Shown here: in pieces, positions 49,964-57,956 of the stretch
Layout: each line of letters begins with the position of its first letter
How positions within the stretch are numbered: position 1 is the stretch's first letter
Origin: Nitrospirota bacterium
GTDB taxonomy: Bacteria; Nitrospirota; UBA9217
Length of the DNA stretch: 64,000 nucleotides
Direction: 5' to 3'
Assembly (NCBI GenBank): GCA_963790205.1
Contig: CAWBNQ010000008.1
Coordinates: 64,001-128,000, forward strand
Notes under the pieces: model-generated
Databases searched by the model: none
What the model saw: only the letters and a program-made list of their open reading frames with translations
What the model was told of the DNA's origin: nothing
Translations under genes and position numbers: made by a program

Positions 49964-50236
49964 ATGGATAAGAACAAACGCAAGAGATCAACCAAGCTTT
50001 CCGAAAGGGAGAGGCGGTTCGTTCAACTGGTCGCCGAAGGCCGCCATTGCCTCTCCCGCTGCTTACTGATGTCCGGATATTCCCGAACCACGGCCATAAG
50101 CCAGGCCGCCCGCATCAGACGGAGGCCCCGAGTGCAAAAGGCAATCATTGAGGAGCGGATCAAGCGCGGTTTATTCTGCTCCAATGAAGAGCTTGCGCTC
50201 GTCGGGAAAAGTAGTGATGGTCGCGGTAGCAATTGA
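49964..50236 (+). CDS. terminase small subunit-like HTH protein
   Basis: LSERERRFV..SGYSRTTA..QAARI..P.VQKAI resembles the TerS N-terminal HTH. Confidence 0.6.
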   Translation: MDKNKRKRSTKLSERERRFVQLVAEGRHCLSRCLLMSGYSRTTAISQAARIRRRPRVQKAIIEERIKRGLFCSNEELALVGKSSDGRGSN

Positions 50237-50598
50237 GATCGGGTGGGTCGGGATTGACAAGGAGAAAACCGGTATAAAATTCCCCATACATAAATTTCGA
50301 CGTGAGAGGGAAAACATTGAAAGCACAGATACATTCAACGTTTTTCATGAAATTATGTGGAATAGGTGTCCGGTCGAATCCGAACTGAGAAAAGTCATGA
50401 AACTTTTGTCGAAAAAGTCGAGAATTTTTCGGCTGAAAATTTGTTGACCTCTTCCTAGGGAAACCTAGGGTTTGGAAACATCCTGACCGGACACACCGGA
50501 CCTCCGGAACCGGCAGGGCAAGCAGTACACCGGACACCCGTTTAACGGCCCGGTGGGCGGATACTCGCTGTTAGCGACCCGCAAAAAAGGAGAGAGTC

Positions 50599-51591
50599 AT
50601 GACTACAGTAATGTCTCACGAAGTGACCACGCCGACAAGTGTGAAGGCGAGTGCTGATCAGGCACGGGCAATGATGGCCGAGATGGTGAAGGCCGACCTT
50701 GATGCTGGGTCGGTCATGGTCGTTCAGCATGAGGGTGCCCCAACGATACTGGCACCGGCAGCACCACAACCCACGATGACCCCGCCGTCGGCACCGGCTG
50801 GTCCTGATGGCGGTGCAGCAAGGATCGCTCAGCTCGAAGCGGCACTCGGCCAGTTGCAAGGCATTCTAAGTGACGAGAGCCGTGACACGTGGCGCCAGAA
50901 GTATCGCACTATTGACGGCATCCTGAAAAAGCGAAAAACAGAGGATCTCGCTAAAATCGCCGAGTTGGAGGTTGAGGTCAGAACTCTCCAGGGTGAGCTT
51001 GCACGGCATGAGCGCGGCGGCAGCGTCGAACTCGATGAACCTGTAGATTTGGATGCCGAGGATCAGCGGCTTGTTGACCGGCTCGGAGTCGCCCCGGAAG
51101 ACTACGCCTTAATGAAGCGAAAAATGACTGGTCAACCCTCCCGCGCCGACAAAGCGCAGGATGTTGCCAAGCAGAGCTATCTTTCAACCTTGAACGTTCT
51201 GGCTCCCGGCTGGCAGGATACGAAGGATGATCCGATGTTCAGCGACTACCTGAACGGGTTTCAAGATAACGCAAGCGGCCGAACGCTCCTGGAGGTCTTG
51301 CGCCAGGCCGACGCCGACGCCGATTCCGTGATGGTCGCAAAGGTTTACAATGAATTTTTTTCCCTGAGCAAAACCTCCCGTGGGAAGCTGGCCCGCACTC
51401 TTGAACCCAACAGCGGCTCTCGCGGCGGCAGACAGATCAGAGACAATACCAAGCCACTCCTTTCCCAGGCTGATTACCTCGCCTTTAGCCACAGTATCAC
51501 GCAGGGCACCTTCAAGGGTACTCCCGCGGAGGCTGAGAACATGCGGAAAATGTATACGGAGGCCATCGCAGAGGGTCGCCTGGTTAATTAG
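50599..51591 (+). CDS. putative capsid scaffolding-like protein
   Basis: AAGGAG RBS; Pro/Ala N-terminus, coiled coils, LAPGWQ..DDPMFSDYL, C-terminal AIAEGRLV; pattern recalled from podovirus scaffold genes. Confidence 0.55.
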   Translation: MTTVMSHEVTTPTSVKASADQARAMMAEMVKADLDAGSVMVVQHEGAPTILAPAAPQPTMTPPSAPAGPDGGAARIAQLEAALGQLQGILSDESRDTWRQKYRTIDGILKKRKTEDLAKIAELEVEVRTLQGELARHERGGSVELDEPVDLDAEDQRLVDRLGVAPEDYALMKRKMTGQPSRADKAQDVAKQSYLSTLNVLAPGWQDTKDDPMFSDYLNGFQDNASGRTLLEVLRQADADADSVMVAKVYNEFFSLSKTSRGKLARTLEPNSGSRGGRQIRDNTKPLLSQADYLAFSHSITQGTFKGTPAEAENMRKMYTEAIAEGRLVN

Positions 51592-51609
51592 CCCCATTCA
51601 ACAAATTAT

Positions 51610-51636
51610 CCCGAGGCTCACAGCCTCGGGCTTTTT
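51610..51636 (+). terminator. hairpin plus T run after the scaffold-like gene
   Basis: CCCGAGGCT-CAC-AGCCTCGGG-CTTTTT. Confidence 0.6.
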
Positions 51637-51647
51637 CGAGGTGACGC

Positions 51648-52019
51648 ATGGGAAAGCGCATGCAGAAGGATGTCCAGAGCATTGTATTTGGAGTAGCTGA
51701 TACGCTCAAGTCCAGCCAGGGGTTCAACGAAAACGGATTCATTGAGCTCATAGTGCTCAAGGTGCCGAGTTTCACGAATGGCGTCACCGTCACCAAGCTG
51801 GAAATCCTTGACGACGACGGCGACGTAATCTGGACCCTCAGTACCGGCTGGGCTCAGAACGCGACGTTCCAGATCACCTCGGTAGACACGCTGGGCGTCC
51901 CGGTGAATACTCCGCGGAGCAACAATTATTACCAGGTGCGCGTCACGCTTTCCGGAGCACCCGGCGGGACCGGAGGGACAGTGACCGTCAAGAGCTATAT
52001 CAAGGCCAACAGCGTTTAA
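51648..52019 (+). CDS. beta-rich hypothetical protein (virion decoration-like)
   Basis: GAGGTG RBS; Thr/Val/Gly-rich, alternating beta pattern. Confidence 0.55.
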   Translation: MGKRMQKDVQSIVFGVADTLKSSQGFNENGFIELIVLKVPSFTNGVTVTKLEILDDDGDVIWTLSTGWAQNATFQITSVDTLGVPVNTPRSNNYYQVRVTLSGAPGGTGGTVTVKSYIKANSV

Positions 52020-52045
52020 CAGCCGCACAGCGGCGGAAAGGATGC

Positions 52046-52276
52046 ATGGACATGGCACAGCAAAGACTTTTGTTACAGCGCAGCACGGGCAGGATCTACG
52101 TTTGGAACGAGCCGTTTTCCAAACAGGAAGACATGATGGAGTATAACGGTCCGGTCCCTGAAGGTGGCCGTATCTCGCCAGATGAACTGAAAAAGATCAT
52201 CGCTGAGTCAAAAAGTGATTTTAGAGCCATTTCCACCGATGGCCAGGAAAAATATTTCGGGCGCATGGTCTGTTAA
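52046..52276 (+). CDS. small phage-type hypothetical protein
   Basis: AAGGA RBS; RLLLQRSTGRIYVWN. Confidence 0.5.
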   Translation: MDMAQQRLLLQRSTGRIYVWNEPFSKQEDMMEYNGPVPEGGRISPDELKKIIAESKSDFRAISTDGQEKYFGRMVC

Positions 52277-52307
52277 TTTTGATATTTCATCTCTATGGGG
52301 TGATGCA

Positions 52308-52820
52308 ATGAAGACCTTCGGATTAGCGGTCAGGGAGTATCAGATAGGGGTCTTGCGCCGGGCACAAGATGACCTTGCAAAACCAAAGGCTAGCGGGTTC
52401 AACCTACCGGCGGATGTAGCCATTGAACTGGATGAGATCGTTGGCAGGATTTCTATGATCATCAAACGCATGGAGGACCAGCCGGAGCTTGAGGGCACAG
52501 CTCCAGGCTACCCGACTTCAATCCAGGGCGTTCTCGACGATGCACGAGCAAAACTTATGCGAGCAGTAACGGAGCATAACTTTAATATCGCCAAGGACTA
52601 CGCGCTGTGCATCGAGAGCGCCATGCAGAGTGTTTCTATGGCCGCAACAACTTGCGGGTGCCCTACTGATTGTTTTGACGACGCAGCAGCATTTGCGCAC
52701 CGTGCGCACGGCGTCAGCACTCAACCAGAGTTTGGAGATTTAATGCTCAGTGCAGTTGACTCGTTTAATTCAGGCTTAAAAGCCTTGGATGCTTGTTCCC
52801 ATAGAGCCGAAGAGTCCTAA
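52308..52820 (+). CDS. helical hypothetical protein
   Basis: GGGGTG RBS before MKTFG; no motif recognised. Confidence 0.5.
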   Translation: MKTFGLAVREYQIGVLRRAQDDLAKPKASGFNLPADVAIELDEIVGRISMIIKRMEDQPELEGTAPGYPTSIQGVLDDARAKLMRAVTEHNFNIAKDYALCIESAMQSVSMAATTCGCPTDCFDDAAAFAHRAHGVSTQPEFGDLMLSAVDSFNSGLKALDACSHRAEES

Positions 52821-52886
52821 GCCTTCGGTGCGACGTTAACTTGACAGAGTAAGGGCGATGATCATGCCCGAAAAGGAGGGAGAAAA

Positions 52887-54242
52887 ATGGCAGAACCGAT
52901 GGAAGATCTCGACAAGGTGAAATACCCCGCAGGGATTAAAAACACCAACTTAGCGAAGGGTATGGTGGATCTCGGCGATACGCTGGGTCATACCGCACGG
53001 GCCGGCCTGCGGGCGCTCCCCGATGTCGGCGGCATGGCACTCAATACAGCGGCTGCCGTTGGTGCCGGTGCGGCCAACATGGGAAACGAAGCCCTCGGGA
53101 AGGCCACGGGGTATAAATTCAAACCGCTTGAGTATCAGCCGTATAAAACTGATTACACGGCGCCGGCCTTGGCTGATGCCAAACGCTCGGGCTTGCGTTT
53201 GATGCGACGCATGGGCATGACGCCCGTGCCGGCTGAGAGTGCGGTGCCGTATTCTCAGCCCGGCCACCCGGCGGCACTGCCGTTGCCAAAAACTACTGCA
53301 GTGCCACCGCAGAAGCCTGTCGCACGAGACAGACAGGGCGGGACATTCACCTATAACGGCAAGACCACCGCTGTCCCCAAGTCCACCATGACCGCCGAAG
53401 ATGCCAGTGCTCAGTATGCAAAGAACACAGCCATGCCCGAAGGCTGGGTGTGGGACCCCAAAAGCTATACGGCCATCAACTCCAAGACCGGCGCAACCTT
53501 TGACCCTCGGGGCGGCAAAACCACGCTGCCGAAAAACAGATGGTTTGGCCCCGACGGCAAGCCGATCATGTCGGACATCACCGATGACCAGGGCAATGTC
53601 GTGGGCAGGCGGCCCATGGTGCAGGAAGGGACCGCGGACGAACTCGACGCCCAGGCGCGGCGGGGCGGCAGTGCAATGCCGAGCCTTGATTACAGCAGCC
53701 CCGCAAATCTTTTATCCTCCGCCATGCCTATGGCCATGAATGTCGGACGGGCGAGACAGGAGGCCATTCAGCGACACCTGAATAACGAGGAGCTTCAGAG
53801 AAAGTGGGGCGTCAATTTCGATCTCATAAAAGCCGGCATGGCGCAACAGCTACAGCCTTACCAGGTTGCAAAGATGAAGGCCGAGACCGATAAGGACAAG
53901 GCACTGGCAGAGGCTGTTGGTGCTAAAGGCCAAAAACTTGATACCGAACAGCGCAAGTTTTTGATTGACCAACTTGAATTACACCCCACGCATTTCGGAC
54001 TCCCAAAGCCTAAAGATGCAGATGAGGCCACAAAAGCGGCATATAATAAACAGGTCACTGATTTATACTGGAAGATCATAAATGGCGAGTGGAGCGGCCC
54101 TGGCGGTGGCGGGCGTGCTGAGGTCGAAGCCGCAACGCCTGCAACTCCCTCTGGGCAGATGCCGAAAAAGGGAGAGACTAAAACTCTGAGCGATGGTCAG
54201 ACAAAGATAATCTTTAAGGACGGGAAGTGGCAGAGGGCATAA
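52887..54242 (+). CDS. large low-complexity protein, putative DNA-ejection/pilot protein
   Basis: AGGAGG RBS; Ala/Gly/Pro/Met-rich with helical C-half ending PKKGETKT..IFKDGKWQ. Confidence 0.5.
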   Translation: MAEPMEDLDKVKYPAGIKNTNLAKGMVDLGDTLGHTARAGLRALPDVGGMALNTAAAVGAGAANMGNEALGKATGYKFKPLEYQPYKTDYTAPALADAKRSGLRLMRRMGMTPVPAESAVPYSQPGHPAALPLPKTTAVPPQKPVARDRQGGTFTYNGKTTAVPKSTMTAEDASAQYAKNTAMPEGWVWDPKSYTAINSKTGATFDPRGGKTTLPKNRWFGPDGKPIMSDITDDQGNVVGRRPMVQEGTADELDAQARRGGSAMPSLDYSSPANLLSSAMPMAMNVGRARQEAIQRHLNNEELQRKWGVNFDLIKAGMAQQLQPYQVAKMKAETDKDKALAEAVGAKGQKLDTEQRKFLIDQLELHPTHFGLPKPKDADEATKAAYNKQVTDLYWKIINGEWSGPGGGGRAEVEAATPATPSGQMPKKGETKTLSDGQTKIIFKDGKWQRA

Positions 54243-54431
54243 ACCTCCGTCACCTCAGTAGGACCGTAATCGTTTCGGTCATACGTGCGGACAGAAAGGC
54301 TGTAAGTATTTGAATTTCAAAAGGCGGATATCCCCCACTGGATTCCAAATCCAACGGGGTCGAGGAGGTAGTGTCTCAGTTTGAATTATTTCACCGTTGA
54401 ACCTGGGGCCGGACTATGCTATTATCTGGTC

Positions 54432-55244
54432 ATGCCAAAAGGACCGCAAGGACAGAAGAGGCCCGCTGATGTTATCGGGGCCGCAATAAAGATCGCTCGG
54501 ATCGCGGACGTTTCGATCAACACGGTGACGAAGCTGCTTGTAGACGCCGGGGAAGCGTCTGCGGCCTATCATAACGAGCATGTGAAGGGGCTACAGGTCA
54601 AGCGCGTCCAGGCCGATGAGATATGGAGTTTCGTTTATTCCAAGGACAAGAACGTACCGAAAGACAAAGAGGGCGAGTTCGGCTATGGCGACGTATGGAC
54701 CTTTACAGCGATTGATGCTGATTCAAAATTAATAATATCCTGGCATGTCGGCAGTAGGGACTTGGAAAACGCCACGATGTTTATGCATGACGTAGCATCA
54801 AGGCTTGCTAACCGCGTCCAGCTTACCACAGACGGGCATAAGATGTACTTGGACGCTGTTGAGAGTGCTTTCGGTTCTGAGGTTGATTTTGCACAGCTTG
54901 TGAAGATATACAGGAGTGTGTCGAGTAAAGAAACGCGGTATAGTCCGGCTAAATACGTTGGCGCAGAGAAAACCAAGATCACCGGGAACCCCGATAAGAG
55001 GGACGTATCTACATCACACGTTGAACGGCAGAACCTTAACATGCGCATGGGTATGCGCCGATTTACCCGGCTGACGAACGCTTTCTCAAAGAAACTGGAA
55101 AACCACTACCATGCGCTTTCGCTCTATTTCATGTTTTATAACTTTGTCAGGATTCACAAAACGCTTAGTGTAACTCCGGCTATGTCAGCGGGGTTAACCG
55201 ATCATCTTTGGACCATGGAGGATATTGTTGATTTAATCCGATAA
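54432..55244 (+). CDS. IS1-family DDE transposase with a probably deleted/fused N-terminus
   Basis: [43 protein letters not shown]. Confidence 0.88.
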   Translation: MPKGPQGQKRPADVIGAAIKIARIADVSINTVTKLLVDAGEASAAYHNEHVKGLQVKRVQADEIWSFVYSKDKNVPKDKEGEFGYGDVWTFTAIDADSKLIISWHVGSRDLENATMFMHDVASRLANRVQLTTDGHKMYLDAVESAFGSEVDFAQLVKIYRSVSSKETRYSPAKYVGAEKTKITGNPDKRDVSTSHVERQNLNMRMGMRRFTRLTNAFSKKLENHYHALSLYFMFYNFVRIHKTLSVTPAMSAGLTDHLWTMEDIVDLIR

Positions 55245-55432
55245 AAAATCAAATCACATTTGACTGTTTTTTATAATTAGTTGAAATTGCTTATTATTTG
55301 GAAGGTGTGCCAGCACTTTTTTTCTTGCAAAACGTACTTTCTACCTGTTATACTGCGTTCACTCACCTGAGCCCGTTCGTCTCGTCTATCCCGTTTAACG
55401 CTATTTATGCTATTATAGAAGAAAGAGAAGAG

Positions 55433-55792
55433 ATGTTACAACAACATACTTTTGCCGAGAAAAATATGATTTGCACAATGGGTTCAGAAGTAATGGGAGT
55501 GCAAAACAGAATATTACATATTGATATTCCGCTATATGTTCATGCATTGCTCAAGTATTTACAAAGTGCCAAGCAGATTGTCGGCATATCGAGAGTTGCC
55601 TATCTTGTAAGTGGGAATACAATATTTATTCGCACATACTTCAACGGTCCAAATAGAGAAATTTCAGATAAGATTTATGAACTAGAAATGGAACTAATGG
55701 ATCATTTCAGAGATACTTTGAGATTTGATTTCGTCCTTGTCTTCGACCCAGAAGAAACAAATCCCTCCGGATTTAGCGCTGAATATTTTTAA
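55433..55792 (+). CDS. hypothetical passenger protein, possible antitoxin/MNT-like partner
   Basis: AT-rich; directly upstream of the HEPN-like gene; IYELEMEL..RFDF pattern. Confidence 0.45.
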   Translation: MLQQHTFAEKNMICTMGSEVMGVQNRILHIDIPLYVHALLKYLQSAKQIVGISRVAYLVSGNTIFIRTYFNGPNREISDKIYELEMELMDHFRDTLRFDFVLVFDPEETNPSGFSAEYF

Positions 55793-55798
55793 CAAATA

Positions 55799-56158
55799 AT
55801 GTCAAATGAGAAAGCACATCTCGCCAAAGCTGTAAGGAACGAGGAGTTCTATGAGAACGTGCTTGAACTTAACAGTGATTGGGCAGTAGTGGGCTTATTT
55901 TATTCAGCCGTCCACTATATAGAGGCTTACTTGGCAAAACGTCTGTCTATACATAGCGATAACCATGAAGACAGAAAAAACTATGTAAACCAATTTTCAA
56001 ATTTGAAACCTATCTATAAAGAGTACAGCGAGTTACAGAATCTTAGTTGGGGTATACGATATAGCAGTTTAAATCCAACTAGAGATAAGGCATTAGAGAT
56101 TAAACGTGATGTTTACGACCCCATAAAAACCCACATGGAAAAACTCTTAAAACAGTAG
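55799..56158 (+). CDS. HEPN-like protein
   Basis: HLAKA..N, DWAVVGLFYSAVH, H..R and IRY motifs typical of small HEPN proteins. Confidence 0.65.
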   Translation: MSNEKAHLAKAVRNEEFYENVLELNSDWAVVGLFYSAVHYIEAYLAKRLSIHSDNHEDRKNYVNQFSNLKPIYKEYSELQNLSWGIRYSSLNPTRDKALEIKRDVYDPIKTHMEKLLKQ

Positions 56159-56306
56159 TGCCTTTGCCTTGGTTTTCTCCCTTCCTCGGATATAACTCAA
56201 CCAATTCCACTTTATTGGTTAATTATTATCCAATATCTTACTTTATTTCAAACTGAGACACTACCAATAATTTGTATGGTTCTATTACCCATTGCCAGAA
56301 CTCCCC

Positions 56307-56939
56307 CTATAGGCCGAACTGCAACCGAGCCACAGCGTCGATCTTCTTTTCGTCAGATGTATGACAGTAAACCTCCGTAGTACGTATGTGCGCGTGGCCC
56401 AGGAGCTCCTGCACGGTCCTGAGATCCACGCCCTTGTCCAGGAGAGACGTTGCAAAGGTGTGGCGCGTCGTGTGCGGTGTGATCCGCTTCGTGAGCAGCG
56501 CGCCCTTCTTCACCCGCCTCATAAGGCAATCAACGGCCTTGGGCGTGAGCGGCGCCGGCTGGGTGTTCCCGCGCTCACCCAGGGTGAAGAAGAGTGGCCG
56601 GGCCGCGGGCTCGGTTGACTTTGGCGGGCGATGACGGAAATCGGCGTTCTTCAGCGACTTCTGGTAATCAAGGACCGCCTCCATGACCTTACCCGTGAGG
56701 GCAACGCGGCGCTGCTTCTGTCCCTTGCCGATCACGTCGACAACGGTCTGATTCCGATACGTGGTCAGGTTCTCGATGCAGAGGCTGCACACCTCGGCCT
56801 TTCTGAGGCCCGAGGAGAGCATAAGGAGTAAGAGGGCATAGTCACGTCTGCCTTTGAGGGTCCGCCGATCCGGGACCCGGAGGAGAGCTTTTACTTCATC
56901 CGCGGCCAAAAACTCTGAGGGTCTTTTTATCGTACCCAT
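56307..56939 (-). CDS. second tyrosine recombinase, catalytic domain only (XerD/resolvase-like)
   Basis: SGLRKAE, GKGQKQR, HTTRHTFAT, LLGHAHIRTTEVY; 210 aa. Confidence 0.9.
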   Translation of the reverse strand: MGTIKRPSEFLAADEVKALLRVPDRRTLKGRRDYALLLLMLSSGLRKAEVCSLCIENLTTYRNQTVVDVIGKGQKQRRVALTGKVMEAVLDYQKSLKNADFRHRPPKSTEPAARPLFFTLGERGNTQPAPLTPKAVDCLMRRVKKGALLTKRITPHTTRHTFATSLLDKGVDLRTVQELLGHAHIRTTEVYCHTSDEKKIDAVARLQFGL

Positions 56940-57004
56940 TGTTCTACCTCGTTTTCTTTTTCATTGTTATGGCTATAACTCACAACTAGTGCTCAGCCCC
57001 AATC

Positions 57005-57328
57005 TTATGCGGCTTTAACTTTTTGCTTTTTTCTGCATTGGCATTTCGACATCCTTAAAGCGTATAAACCTTCAAAGGCGAGGCCTTCTCCCATATCAAT
57101 ACCGGCCGCATAGGCTTCCAGAGCAGAGAGTGTGCCGATACGACGTGCAAAGTCTTCCTGCATGGGAAGTGTAGTATTAGAAATTTTCCTGAGGCGAACT
57201 TGTGCGCATTTCCTTGGATTATTCAACCCCCATTCCTCGTTATAGCGATTGAAACGGGCGCGGATTAGCTTGTGAATCCGGGCAGCAAATAGAAGGTCAT
57301 TCTTTGTAATTTCCTTTTTCGTTTTCAT
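57005..57328 (-). CDS. basic hypothetical protein, candidate toxin downstream of Phd
   Basis: AGGAGG RBS; 13 nt after the Phd-like gene. Confidence 0.55.
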   Translation of the reverse strand: MKTKKEITKNDLLFAARIHKLIRARFNRYNEEWGLNNPRKCAQVRLRKISNTTLPMQEDFARRIGTLSALEAYAAGIDMGEGLAFEGLYALRMSKCQCRKKQKVKAA

Positions 57329-57341
57329 CGGTAATCCTCCT

Positions 57342-57518
57342 TTATTTTTTTTTTGGCTTCACGATCTCAAATTCTTCTTCATTCACCGGACTGATGACTA
57401 CTGCAGGTTGACCGTTCACAGTAACCACGACCTGCCGCCCGGTTCGCTTCACCTCGGCCACAATCGCCGTTGCCTTGGCCTTAAATTCCGTTATGGTCAC
57501 AAACTTGATGGGGCTCAT
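57342..57518 (-). CDS. Phd/YefM-family antitoxin
   Basis: VTITEFKAKATAIVAEV..VVVTVNGQPAVVI; AGGAGG RBS. Confidence 0.85.
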   Translation of the reverse strand: MSPIKFVTITEFKAKATAIVAEVKRTGRQVVVTVNGQPAVVISPVNEEEFEIVKPKKK

Positions 57519-57557
57519 TCGCTCACCTCCTTTTATAAGGACTTCTTTTTCATGCTG

Positions 57558-57595
57558 ATAGTCTGTATTATAGTCTTTAAACAGACTATTGTCAA
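57558..57595 (-). promoter_or_regulatory. consensus sigma70 promoter with overlapping palindromic operator
   Basis: Minus strand TTGACA-17 nt-TATAAT; ATAGTCTGT/ACAGACTAT inverted repeat spans it. Confidence 0.8.
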
Positions 57596-57596
57596 G

Positions 57597-57628
57597 TAAA
57601 GAAAAAGCCCGGCTGTATGACCGGGCTT
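57597..57628 (-). terminator. terminator downstream of tRNA-Sec, inside the element
   Basis: Minus strand AAGCCCGG..CCGGGCTTTTTCTTT. Confidence 0.65.
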
Positions 57629-57700
57629 GCGCTGCGGGGAGACTGCGGGGAGAATCAGAAGTCATTCCCCGATGTAACTCATTGAAATTCTAAAAAAGAA

Positions 57701-57799
57701 TGGCGGGAGAGCATGAGAATCGAACTCACCTCACCGTGCTCACGCACGGCGACAGCGGCTTTGAAGGCCGGGACGGGCACCAGCTCCGTAACCTCTCCC
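57701..57799 (-). tRNA. selC: tRNA-Sec (anticodon UCA)
   Basis: Anticodon loop CTTCAAA, long variable arm (TCGCCGTGC-GTGA-GCACGGTGA), TTCGATT T-loop, GCCA end; selB nearby. Confidence 0.92.
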
Positions 57800-57956
57800 T
57801 CATGTATGGCTCACCTGGAACTTGAAGATTGGAAACTGGAAAATGAGCACCGGATGTCCGGTGTTGATTTCAGGCGGTATTGGTGTTGATTATACTCAAG
57901 ACTCAACTGATTGGCAACAGTAAATTATTTTTTTGCGGCAAATGAGCTTCCTCGAA

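Larger units (their letters stand above)
54367..56265. mobile_element. IS1-family element carrying passenger genes
   Basis: 19-bp perfect terminal IR GGTAGTGTCTCAGTTTGAA (54367-54385) / TTCAAACTGAGACACTACC (56247-56265) enclosing a DDE transposase. Confidence 0.85.
44399..57724. mobile_element. integrated phage-satellite-like element at tRNA-Sec
   Basis: 24-bp direct repeat TGGCGGGAGAGCATGAGAATCGAA at 44399-44422 and 57701-57724; integrase adjacent; primase-ZBD, helicase and TerS-like genes inside. Confidence 0.9.

Noticed and set aside
54355..56275. Target-site duplication around the IS1-like element
   Set aside because: The flanks (..GGTCGAGGA and AATAATTTG..) do not match
44399..57724. 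Complete prophage or conjugative element
   Set aside because: No recognisable capsid, portal, TerL, tail, lysis, relaxase or T4SS genes in 13 kb
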